Positions 1-8,442 of a stretch of 64,000 bases of DNA are shown here, piece after piece. The position numbers were made by a program, and so were the translations under genes. The notes below the pieces were generated by a model, which was not told the DNA's origin, did not search any database, and saw nothing but the letters and a program-made list of their open reading frames with translations. Each line of letters opens with the position of its first letter. Within the stretch, counting starts at the first letter, position 1. Origin of the DNA: a virus (taxonomy: Duplodnaviria > Caudoviricetes); the IMG/VR virus record IMGVR_UViG_3300025789_000018; one strand, written 5' to 3'.

Positions 1-4
1 AATA

Positions 5-586
5 TTATTGTGAAACTCTAAAAGCAGAACTTACACCCAAGGTAAACTTGTGTTCGCTATAGCCAATGTCAAACTGTAGATTCTGTTTCTTAGGTGGAAC
101 CCATGAAACATAGATGCCAGTTTTGACCTTTGTGTCATAGTAGACAGAAGGCATGATTGTAAGTGTATCTGTTGGTGTAAAGTTGTATTCAGTCACATAT
201 GTCTGTGAATGTTTAGCAATCTGAACATCTGTACCAAAGTAAAAGTATTTGTTAAAAACATACTTTGATGGCACTTCAATGAAAACACCATTGTTATTAT
301 CGTATCCTAGCTTGGCTGATAAGTCAAACTTGTGATTATAAATGATAGCATACTTTGCACCAAAGCTGGTGTTATCTTTGGATACTTCTAAGTCCTTTGC
401 AATAGCCATTCTAAACTCATAACCATCAGTACCTATTTCAGCCTGAAAAGTTTTAAGTGGAATGACGTCAGCATCGATACCTACGCCTGGTCTATCAGCA
501 TTGATCTGTTGATCTTCCGCGAGTGCTGGAGCAGAGAACAGAAGTGTTAGTGCTACTATTACTGCTTTTGTTCTACGTAGCCACAT
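5..586 (-). CDS. Exported/outer-membrane protein, resembles Phenol_MetA_deg-type beta-barrel family (short version)
   Basis: Signal-peptide-like N-terminus (AVIVALTLLFSAPALA|ED). INADRPG..DVIP.KTFQAEIG resembles the TDRP..E...VP.G..Q.E.G start of that family. Aromatic-rich alternating strands follow. Confidence 0.5.
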   Translation of the reverse strand: MWLRRTKAVIVALTLLFSAPALAEDQQINADRPGVGIDADVIPLKTFQAEIGTDGYEFRMAIAKDLEVSKDNTSFGAKYAIIYNHKFDLSAKLGYDNNNGVFIEVPSKYVFNKYFYFGTDVQIAKHSQTYVTEYNFTPTDTLTIMPSVYYDTKVKTGIYVSWVPPKKQNLQFDIGYSEHKFTLGVSSAFRVSQ

Positions 587-921
587 CCTGCTTTGTCCTC
601 ATGGAGTGATGTTAGTTCGACATGCATTGCTTTGATTTCAGCAAACTCGGCCAAGATCGTTTCGTGATCTTGCTGGCTTCTAGCTTCTGTCTTTCTGGCT
701 TGAACTTCTTGACCTACCATGATTACACTAAGTAGAACTAGTTGAAGAAATGTCTGTGCGATCCATGAGATTGTAGCTGCAAGCCCAGCGTGAATAGCGT
801 CTGGTAGACTGATTAGAGCCAACAAAGCAAACGCATAAGCACACCACATGGTGCCTACTGTATCTGTAAGGGTCACTGCAACCATGTCGTTGAACTTAGT
901 GATGTTATCTTTGATAGACAT
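559..921 (-). CDS. DUF1003-like small membrane protein
   Basis: VGTMWCAYAFALLALI and SWIAQTFLQLVLLSVIMVGQ..Q two-TM pattern. GGGAG Shine-Dalgarno before the ATG. Confidence 0.6.
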   Translation of the reverse strand: MSIKDNITKFNDMVAVTLTDTVGTMWCAYAFALLALISLPDAIHAGLAATISWIAQTFLQLVLLSVIMVGQEVQARKTEARSQQDHETILAEFAEIKAMHVELTSLHEDKAGCGYVEQKQ

Positions 922-943
922 GATTATACTCCCTTTTTATTAT

Positions 944-951
944 TATTTATG
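944..951 (-). promoter_or_regulatory. Late promoter variant CATAAATA
   Basis: One mismatch to T4 late consensus TATAAATA, intergenic, just upstream of the RBS of 559..921. Confidence 0.5.
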
Positions 952-966
952 ATTTAGAGAGTTTGT

Positions 967-1051
967 GCGGGCGTGGGGGAATTGGTAGACCCGCGAGACT
1001 TAAAATCTTGTTGCTTCGGCAGTGCTGGTTCGATTCCAGTCGCCCGTACCA
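967..1051 (+). tRNA. trnL: tRNA-Leu (anticodon TAA)
   Basis: GCGGGCG/CGCCCGT acceptor stem, CGAGA-CTTAAAA-TCTTG anticodon arm, long variable arm, GGTTCGATTCC T-arm, encoded CCA. Confidence 0.95.
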
Positions 1052-1067
1052 AATAAGTAACGAATAC

Positions 1068-1141
1068 TGCCCTTTCGTCTAATGGTAGGACCACGCCCTT
1101 TGAAGGCGTTAATCTTGGTTCGAATCCAAGCGGAGCATCCA
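1068..1141 (+). tRNA. trnQ: tRNA-Gln (anticodon TTG), acceptor stem has two mismatches
   Basis: D arm GTCT/GGAC, ACGCC-CTTTGAA-GGCGT anticodon arm, CTTGG-TTCGAAT-CCAAG T arm, encoded CCA. Acceptor TGCCCTT/CGGAGCA is imperfect. Confidence 0.8.
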
Positions 1142-1147
1142 AAGTTT

Positions 1148-1182
1148 AAAGGGGAGTAGTTTTGCTACTCCCCCTTTTTTTA
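1148..1182. terminator. Bidirectional intrinsic terminator between tRNAs and protease gene
   Basis: AAA-GGGGAGTAG-TTTTG-CTACTCCCC-C-TTTTTT at the convergence point. Confidence 0.85.
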
Positions 1183-1959
1183 TTTACGGATTGTCCAAGC
1201 GTCTGTAGCTAACTTGGGATCTTCTAGATATCTTGCTGGAATCCAGAAGTGGCCATCGTCGCCCCAGTCTGTTCCCCAAGAGTTGCGTACTTCATAGTAT
1301 GGTTCTACTTTACCATCTGCACCATGCGCACTAGGATCAAAGTTATTATCATAACCAATGACTGTGACAGCATGACCACCTAAGCATTGTGTCCAGTATT
1401 CTGGCATTGCAATAACACCAGATTGTGCAACTTCTGGCGATTCAAAGTCTTGATAGATTTGAATGCCAATAATGAATGGGAATCCATCAGATAGACATTG
1501 ACGATATTCGATACCACTACCATCTGCTAGAGATGAGTAAGCAGAAATCTTGTTCTCCAATGCTTCTTGAACTTCGATTGCAGGAGGAGCAACAGCGAAC
1601 TTTGAGATATCGTATGGCCAATCTTTTTCTAGACCAACACCTTGTAGATTTAGAACCTTGATTGCATCGCGAAGAAATGCACCAGAGTCATGCTCGACTG
1701 TGCCTTCTAGAACTCGCTCTTGATAATAAAGTGCTAGTCTTGAATATGGACCACCATCATGAACAAAGGTAAAGGCTGCTGTGGCTGCTTGTGCAGAACA
1801 AGAACCTAGTTCGCCTTGATCGTATGGCTTTTCTTTAAACTTGCTTCTAAGACTGACCTTATCTGGTAAAGGTGCAGCTTTAGGAGCATGAATCGCACTA
1901 AACTTCCAGTCTCTAGGATCATATGGGTCTTTAATGTAACCATATTTTCTGGTAGGCAT
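1180..1959 (-). CDS. Papain-like cysteine protease (peptidase C1A family)
   Basis: QGELGSCSA (oxyanion Gln, catalytic Cys), GGHAV (His) and VRNSWGTDWGDDG (Asn) motifs in canonical order. Confidence 0.92.
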   Translation of the reverse strand: MPTRKYGYIKDPYDPRDWKFSAIHAPKAAPLPDKVSLRSKFKEKPYDQGELGSCSAQAATAAFTFVHDGGPYSRLALYYQERVLEGTVEHDSGAFLRDAIKVLNLQGVGLEKDWPYDISKFAVAPPAIEVQEALENKISAYSSLADGSGIEYRQCLSDGFPFIIGIQIYQDFESPEVAQSGVIAMPEYWTQCLGGHAVTVIGYDNNFDPSAHGADGKVEPYYEVRNSWGTDWGDDGHFWIPARYLEDPKLATDAWTIRK

Positions 1960-1973
1960 GTGCTTTCCTTTTC

Positions 1974-4205
1974 TTATGACATCGCTTCCTGTGCGATGAT
2001 GTGAACACCAACGTTTGCTGCGTTAGATCCTGTTGTAATAGCAACAGTCAACTGGTCAGTTAGGTTACCAGCAACAGTGTTATAGAGTGGGAAGAAATAT
2101 GATAGATCGATTTCTTGTAGACCAGAACCACCAGCAGGAGCAGTGAATGCGAACACAACTTCACCACCTGTCATCGCTGTAGCCGAAACGTCTCTCATTG
2201 CAAACGAGTAGTTTGACCCAAGACCGATAGAGTTTACAGTAGCACCATTAGCGAATGTAATACCATTTGCCTGTGTGATTGTACCAGCAGTTGTGTTTGA
2301 TGTTGTGGTGTTTGCTAGTGTGTAGAACTGCGCACCAGTCAATAGAATAGGGCTTGAAGTTGTTGACGTAATCAACTCAACAATACACTGAGCATCGGCT
2401 GATAGATACATCTTCTTTGGTAGTAGCTGACCACGATTGATTAGACCAATCTGGAAAGGAGTACCAGTCATGGATGCAGTATTTGCAATAGGTGCACCAG
2501 TGATAATATTGCCATATGTAATGACTGTTGAGTTACTTGAAGTGATACGTCCAGTTAACCCTGTGTTACTTGTTCCTTGTGCAGGAAAGTAAATGTGGCG
2601 ACCAGTAAATGTATTGTTAGTATACGTGTTGACTTGTGCACCTGTTTGTGTTACAGTAGCAGGAGCAGATAGTGTATATGCTGTTGTGTTCACAAAAGAT
2701 GTAACTGTAGTAGCAGGAATGCCCGTTAAGTTTGACGTAACTGTTTGCCCAACATAAACGTTTGCTGTACTACCAGAAGTGATAACAACAATATTATTAC
2801 CAGAAGTATAGTTACCGATCAATGATGATGTTTGAACACCATCAAATGAGGTATTTGCTGTTGTAAAATAAAGTGTTGAGTTTGTGCTTGTCGAGTTGAT
2901 AGCATTAAATGTTGAGTTACCACTCATTTCGATAGTTGCCATTGGGCGACTTGCCATAGTAAGAACAGGATAACGAGCAGTAGATCCAGAAATCGTTCTC
3001 TTAGGTGCAGTGTTTGCCATACCATATGGATATGTAAAGCCGCGTTGGTCATCTTGTCCGCCTTCAATAACAACAGAAACACCATAGTGAAACATATCGT
3101 TCTGTGAAGCAGTTACGCCAATATTGCGCTGTTCATAACGAACTGGAAGGTTACCAGTACGTGACCATGGGCTTTCTTGTGCTGGAATAACAATATTTCC
3201 AGTTTGTGGATTTGTCGTATTGATCGGACCTTTATTGCCGAAACCGATGTAATGTAGAACAATCCATTCACCATTGATGACTACACCCCAGCGTACCATA
3301 CCAGCCCCGTACCAAGTATATTCTTGCCAGATCATCTGAATACGTGACCAATCAAGAGAGTTGATTGTAGCTTGATCACCATTCCATGCTGGAAGAGGAA
3401 CGCGATAGTCTGTTGGAACACCTGCGTTGGTGCCGTGATTTACTACACCTGCTTGATTGACATCTGAGCGAACGACACAAAACATACCAAATGGATTGGC
3501 TTGTGTTGTGAACTGATAGCTGGTACCAGTTGTCGTTGAAGTTGTTGGTGAACTGATAGCAACTGCGGTACTATTGATGATATTTTGCACAACTGTTGTA
3601 TATGGAATGTTTAATGTTCCATTAGTATCTTTAACAGTAACACTTGGATTGATGTTTGGTCCAGTTACTGGCATACCAATGTACATAGTAGCAGTGCTTG
3701 ACAAACCAGTAATAAGATTTGAGTTTGCTGTACTGTTACCGGTAAATGCCGTAATAGAGTTTGCATACACAGGATCACCTTGTTCCAGGAACACACCATT
3801 GCCATCATCGAAGAAACCTACGCGCTGGCGCTGATTTGTCTGTGCTGCACCAAAGTTCATAGCAGTTGACATGATCATAGTCTTGCCTGGCTGATAACGA
3901 TGATATGGGCGTGTCTGGCGAATAGTTACATCACCACTTGCTGTGCCGAGACGCATACGAACACCACCAGAACCTGGTAGTTGCTGAATAGAAGAGTTGC
4001 CTGAAGGACTAATAACATAGTTTTCCCAGCGCATTGGCTGCGCGCCATATTCAAAGTCTGCTTCGTAAATATTCTGGTGACGCGAAGTGCGAACGCGCCC
4101 TAGATTGTCCATCGAACCAAAAGTTGGTTTAGACGAGATACCTACTGGCTGAATTACAGAGTTGTTTGCTGGTGTTTTAAATGTCATGAAAATCTCCTGG
4201 TACAC
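1974..4205 (-). CDS. Large putative virion structural protein with two copies of the 65-aa N/T/S-rich module
   Basis: DNLGRVRTS..RVGFFDDGNGVFLE..WYGAGMVRWG core resembles a conserved large-myovirus structural family. Has its own late promoter and lies downstream of gp23. Confidence 0.55.
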   Translation of the reverse strand: MYQEIFMTFKTPANNSVIQPVGISSKPTFGSMDNLGRVRTSRHQNIYEADFEYGAQPMRWENYVISPSGNSSIQQLPGSGGVRMRLGTASGDVTIRQTRPYHRYQPGKTMIMSTAMNFGAAQTNQRQRVGFFDDGNGVFLEQGDPVYANSITAFTGNSTANSNLITGLSSTATMYIGMPVTGPNINPSVTVKDTNGTLNIPYTTVVQNIINSTAVAISSPTTSTTTGTSYQFTTQANPFGMFCVVRSDVNQAGVVNHGTNAGVPTDYRVPLPAWNGDQATINSLDWSRIQMIWQEYTWYGAGMVRWGVVINGEWIVLHYIGFGNKGPINTTNPQTGNIVIPAQESPWSRTGNLPVRYEQRNIGVTASQNDMFHYGVSVVIEGGQDDQRGFTYPYGMANTAPKRTISGSTARYPVLTMASRPMATIEMSGNSTFNAINSTSTNSTLYFTTANTSFDGVQTSSLIGNYTSGNNIVVITSGSTANVYVGQTVTSNLTGIPATTVTSFVNTTAYTLSAPATVTQTGAQVNTYTNNTFTGRHIYFPAQGTSNTGLTGRITSSNSTVITYGNIITGAPIANTASMTGTPFQIGLINRGQLLPKKMYLSADAQCIVELITSTTSSPILLTGAQFYTLANTTTSNTTAGTITQANGITFANGATVNSIGLGSNYSFAMRDVSATAMTGGEVVFAFTAPAGGSGLQEIDLSYFFPLYNTVAGNLTDQLTVAITTGSNAANVGVHIIAQEAMS

Positions 4206-4225
4206 GCATAAGTCATTTGATACTG

Positions 4226-4233
4226 TATTTATA
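4226..4233 (-). promoter_or_regulatory. T4-type late promoter TATAAATA
   Basis: Exact consensus, intergenic upstream of 1974..4205. Confidence 0.8.
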
Positions 4234-4251
4234 TCAACAGATCATTAGACA

Positions 4252-4285
4252 TAAAGAAAGGGGGAGAACCTTTCGATTCTCCCCC
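4252..4285 (-). terminator. Intrinsic terminator after gp23/homing endonuclease
   Basis: GGGGGAGAA/TTCTCCCCC stem followed on the minus strand by TTTCTTTAT. Confidence 0.8.
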
Positions 4286-4319
4286 GAAGGTTTGTAATAT
4301 ATTTTATGTTATAGATTAC

Positions 4320-4913
4320 TTATGTAGATTCGACTTTTGATTTTCTAATCTGTTTGTATCCTGGTGTATTGCCACGTTGCTTTCTGCCTTCAGCGTATGC
4401 AAGTTTCAAAGATTCAGATTTCTTTCTCTTGGTTTCTTCTGATTGCTTTTTGCCTTTTTGTGCATTGCTCATATTAACAAGCATCTCTGGTGTTTTGATG
4501 TATGATCGAGAACGTTTAGTTTCTTTGATTTTATCTTTTACTTCCTGTGGTCTAGGTCCGTTTGATTTGCCTGTTTTGGCTTCTGATATCTTTTGACCCA
4601 CTGTTTTTATTTTATCTTCCTCTGTTGTCCAATGTCCGTTTAAATGTTTTGTTAAGTTGTAATACTTTTTGCCAAGTTGATCGTCTGGTATCATCGTTAG
4701 ATATTCATGTTCTATGTTTAACAAATCTTGACGATTTGTATATACTCTGATGATGATTCTGCGTTTGAAGTCCCTCTTTCTTCTATTATAGGAGTTTCTC
4801 ATCCACGTAGAACTACAGATGTAGCTGTCATCTTCTTTGCCCCAATGAGAACCAATGTAATATCTTTTGTGCTTACGATCAAACCAAATGTAAACGAAAC
4901 CATATTTCTGCAT
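4320..4913 (-). mobile_element. Free-standing GIY-YIG (Seg-like) homing endonuclease with NUMOD3-type repeats
   Basis: GFVYIW..RYYIGSH..Y..SS N-terminus. Basic C-terminus KISEAKTG / GKKQSEETKRKKSESLK. Confidence 0.8.
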
Positions 4914-4917
4914 ACAA

Positions 4918-4986
4918 AAATGCTCCCTTGATGTTATCGCGGGAGCATTAATGCTACTTTAGAATACTCTCGCAAGAGTATTTATA
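4918..4986 (-). promoter_or_regulatory. Late promoter (4979-4986) plus hairpins, the second occluding the endonuclease RBS
   Basis: Minus strand: TATAAATA; ATACTCT-TGCG-AGAGTAT; ATGCTCCC-N13-GGGAGCAT containing GGGAG 10 nt before the ATG. Confidence 0.7.
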
Positions 4987-4998
4987 TAAAGTGTATTT

Positions 4999-6387
4999 TT
5001 AAATGATGTTTGCGACAACGAAACGACGGTAGAAAACGTTCTGATTTTGAACGAGCGCACCAGTTGTAGTTGAAGCAGCACCGTTGATTGCACCAGCAGC
5101 GAATGGGTTAGCGACCATGCCGTAGCGTGTCTTGAACCCGATCTTTGGCTGGAAGGTATCCTGACCAACTGCACGAACCATCTGTAGTGGAACGTATGGG
5201 CAGTAGAACACACCAGCATCAAATGCTGATGAACCCTTGTAACCGACAACGGCGTAGTTACCACCAGCATATGGATCGATATAGACGCGAATGCGACCAT
5301 TTAGGACACCAGCAAAGGTGTTGCCTGTATCGTCAACCTGGAGGTTGTTGCTGTTTAGAGCAGGAGCGTAGTCAAGAACACCGGCCATCTGTAGAGCAGA
5401 AGCAACGTCTGATGAACAGATTAGGATGTTACCTTTACCACGACGAGTTGCCTTGGCAATAGCGTTAGCTTCACGTTCGATCTGGAACATTAGGCCCTTG
5501 AACTTTTCAACTGACCAACGGCCGTTTGAGTCAACGTCAAGGTCGAATACGCCTGGGTTAGTAGTATCAACAGCACCTGGGGCTGAAGTTAGAACAACTG
5601 TACGAACGACTTCACGGTTGATTTCAGCAAGGATTTCAGCAGAAAGAATGGTTGAAAGTTCTGTTTCTGCATCTAGACCATGGATTGCTTTTAGATCCTG
5701 GGCTAGTTCGATTGAATATTCAGCCTTTAGAGCGCGTGAGTTTGCAGTAACAGTAACCTTATCGATTGAGAAGGCCATCTGAGCAAAATCGTTGCCTAGT
5801 GTGGTTGAACCTAGCTGTTCAGCATATGAGGTCTGCATACCACCTTCAAAGTTGTAGGTCTGTGAGTTACCTGAAACAATGACAGTGTTTGAAACGCCAT
5901 AGACGCCACCAAGATCGCTTGAAGCACCACCGACAACCTGTGTGTTACCAACAGTTGTATTAGCAGTGATAGAAGCGTTTGAGCCGTAGTATGATGACTG
6001 GGCAGTGTTTGGTTCGTAGTAGAACGCATCGTTGCCAGCCTGGTTTGAATACTGTGGACGTAGAGCGAAGATTAGCCCAGTTGGACCAGTCATTGGCTGA
6101 ACACCGCAGATGTCATAAGCGATTAGGTTAGGCATCGCACGACGAACTAGTGAGATAAGCACTGGATCGTAGTTTAGTGAACCACCTGAAACGTTAGTTG
6201 GGGCTGAGTCTGAAGTTTCTAGAAGTGACTGCATTGAGCCTTGGGCACCAGCTTCGCGTAGAGCGGTTTCGGTGTTTTCAAGTAGCTGTGCAACAACCGA
6301 ACGCTTGTGTGCATCTTGGATCTTTGGAAGATCAGGATGTTCAAGCACTGGGCCCCACTTTGATTGGATCTGTTCGTTGAGTAACAT
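4999..6387 (-). CDS. gp23: Major capsid protein
   Basis: YDPVLISLVRRAMPNLIAYDICGVQPMTGPTGLIFALR, SRALKAEYSIELAQDLKAIHGLDAETEL, YCPYVPLQMVRA, FQPKIGFKTRYG. Confidence 0.99.
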   Translation of the reverse strand: MLLNEQIQSKWGPVLEHPDLPKIQDAHKRSVVAQLLENTETALREAGAQGSMQSLLETSDSAPTNVSGGSLNYDPVLISLVRRAMPNLIAYDICGVQPMTGPTGLIFALRPQYSNQAGNDAFYYEPNTAQSSYYGSNASITANTTVGNTQVVGGASSDLGGVYGVSNTVIVSGNSQTYNFEGGMQTSYAEQLGSTTLGNDFAQMAFSIDKVTVTANSRALKAEYSIELAQDLKAIHGLDAETELSTILSAEILAEINREVVRTVVLTSAPGAVDTTNPGVFDLDVDSNGRWSVEKFKGLMFQIEREANAIAKATRRGKGNILICSSDVASALQMAGVLDYAPALNSNNLQVDDTGNTFAGVLNGRIRVYIDPYAGGNYAVVGYKGSSAFDAGVFYCPYVPLQMVRAVGQDTFQPKIGFKTRYGMVANPFAAGAINGAASTTTGALVQNQNVFYRRFVVANII

Positions 6388-6423
6388 TGTGTTCTCCCTT
6401 TTTCTTTCTATTTGGGTTACAGT

Positions 6424-6431
6424 TATTTATA
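6424..6431 (-). promoter_or_regulatory. Late promoter for gp23
   Basis: Exact TATAAATA upstream of the GGAGA RBS. Confidence 0.85.
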
Positions 6432-6434
6432 TTT

Positions 6435-7730
6435 TTACTTTTTTGCAGATTGCGAAATTGCTCTCATGTATACTGACATTGGTCCAGATACGTCTGAATG
6501 ATCATCGTCATCAGTTTCATAGTCTGTTGCTTCGGTCAAAGCGACTGTTTTCTTTCCACCTTCAGTTGGGAAGTAGGTCTCTTTGATTACACCAAGCTTC
6601 TTAGTGAACTCAGTCACGTCTGAATATTCGATGCCTTCAACAAGTGAACGAAGCTTTTCTTGTTGTGTTAGAGGAAGTGTATCAACTGCTTCTGCGAATA
6701 CTCTATCAACTTCTAGAGAATCGACATAATCCTTCAACTCAACATTTTCTTTAACAACTGAGTTGACGCGGCTTTCAAGATCAATCACTTGCTGTGATAG
6801 TTCTTCGATAACATCAACTTTGTCTTCTGGAATATCAACATAGTTTTGTTCAAATAGATCCTTAAGACCATGAATGAAGCCTTCAACGACTTCAGCCTTT
6901 AGACCTGATTCAATAGCAATCTCATTATCTGCAACCCATTGTTCGACGGCATATGAGAGATACTTGTCAACGTTCTCTGATAGTTGTTCAATCTTGTCTG
7001 CTAGGGCTTCAACTAGATTTGATTCAAACTCTTCTTCGATGCGGGCAACTTCAGCGTATAAACGCGCATTAACAGCAGCTTCAAAAATGGTACGTGCTTT
7101 TTCACGTACTTCTTCTGATAGTTCTTCACCACCAAACATGATGTCTAGGTCTTCAGCAGCGATAGTAGCGGCTGATGAACCCTTAGCTGATGTTGGTGAG
7201 AGATGCATTTGTGCGATAGTTTCGCCGTCTGACATATCGTCCTTGGCCATTGCACCAGGATTACGGCGAGTAGCTTTGGCTTTTGATGCATCGTGCTTGA
7301 AGTTGTCGTCGGTTAGACCCTTGAAGATATCACCGATCTTCTGTGTTGGCATACCTGAAACGTGTGCCATAAGAGCATTGATAGCTTCTGCTTTAGTAGC
7401 AAACTGTGGCATTGCTTCTTGACCACCTGATAGCTTATCAGCATCACGACCTTTATGACCATCCTTACCTAGTGGATCGGCTGTGTGGCTGATACCATCG
7501 GAAGCGGCGAACTCTTGTAGATTTTCTTCTTTCATTGAACATACCTTTGCGTAGTGGCGTTTTCCGTGAGCAACAGCAGCAGCGTGTGGATGACCTTCAT
7601 TAGCATCTTCTACTTCATCATAGATATGCTGATGGGCTTCTTCTTTTGACATGCCAGATTTATGTGCATGTCGGGCTGCCTTCTCTGCGATATCGCGAAG
7701 ATCCTTATCTTGAATGGTCTTTTCTTCCAT
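6435..7730 (-). CDS. gp22: Prohead core scaffold protein with long N-terminal extension
   Basis: ELSEE.REKA.TIFEAAV, VDKYLSYAVEQW..DNE.AIESGLKAE, C-terminal MSVYMRAISQ. Sits between gp21 and gp23. Confidence 0.93.
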   Translation of the reverse strand: MEEKTIQDKDLRDIAEKAARHAHKSGMSKEEAHQHIYDEVEDANEGHPHAAAVAHGKRHYAKVCSMKEENLQEFAASDGISHTADPLGKDGHKGRDADKLSGGQEAMPQFATKAEAINALMAHVSGMPTQKIGDIFKGLTDDNFKHDASKAKATRRNPGAMAKDDMSDGETIAQMHLSPTSAKGSSAATIAAEDLDIMFGGEELSEEVREKARTIFEAAVNARLYAEVARIEEEFESNLVEALADKIEQLSENVDKYLSYAVEQWVADNEIAIESGLKAEVVEGFIHGLKDLFEQNYVDIPEDKVDVIEELSQQVIDLESRVNSVVKENVELKDYVDSLEVDRVFAEAVDTLPLTQQEKLRSLVEGIEYSDVTEFTKKLGVIKETYFPTEGGKKTVALTEATDYETDDDDHSDVSGPMSVYMRAISQSAKK

Positions 7731-7760
7731 GACTATTGCTTCCTTTTATTTACTATATGC

Positions 7761-7768
7761 TATTTATA
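7761..7768 (-). promoter_or_regulatory. Late promoter for gp22
   Basis: Exact TATAAATA. Confidence 0.75.
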
Positions 7769-8441
7769 AAAATGTTTTCGTCGCGAGAGAACTTAGATAG
7801 TTTTCGAAAAGACGCATTTGATTATTAGAAATCTCCGTCATCGACATCTTCTTTAGTTCTTTTTTGGTTTCTTCTAGTTTCTCTGCGGCTCTCCAAGAAC
7901 CAGCAGCAACGTCATAAACCCATTCAACGTTTTCCATTACGCCACGAACGAATGCATTGTGTGCGGAAGGATCAGCAACAATATCAGCAGCAGTGGCAAG
8001 CATAAAGTCATCTTGAACGCGCATGATGCCATCGACTGATTTTAGTGTTCCCATGCCACGCGATGAAACGCCTAAGTTTGCGCCTTCATCTAAAAGATTC
8101 TTTACAATCAATCCCATTGGTGTTTCTGTGATCTTTGCTTTACCAATGAAGTCTGACCCTTCTTGGCGAAGCGACTTGATCATCATGCAAACACGATCTA
8201 GATTGATTGATGGACCAGCAGGATGACCTAGTTCACCGTATGCGCGATTTGTTTCAATAAGTTCTTTTGTGTAACGAGCGACTTCTTTAGCAAGAACTTT
8301 TGACTCATAGATACGACCGTTCTTGTTAGGGCGATCACCCATGAGAAAAACACCTTCAACATGATATTGCTTCTTGCCACCTTCAGTGGCTTCTTTTAGA
8401 ACATCAAGTTTGCTGTCTAGCATTTCGCAAATGAGTTTCAT
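7764..8441 (-). CDS. gp21: Prohead protease
   Basis: NKNGRIY, AYGELGHP, LGVSSRGMG (catalytic Ser), DIVADPSA..AFV.G.ME. Confidence 0.98.
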   Translation of the reverse strand: MKLICEMLDSKLDVLKEATEGGKKQYHVEGVFLMGDRPNKNGRIYESKVLAKEVARYTKELIETNRAYGELGHPAGPSINLDRVCMMIKSLRQEGSDFIGKAKITETPMGLIVKNLLDEGANLGVSSRGMGTLKSVDGIMRVQDDFMLATAADIVADPSAHNAFVRGVMENVEWVYDVAAGSWRAAEKLEETKKELKKMSMTEISNNQMRLFENYLSSLATKTFL

Positions 8442-8442
8442 C

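Noticed and set aside
954-1142. 62-aa minus-strand ORF
   Set aside because: It is the antisense reading of the two tRNA genes.
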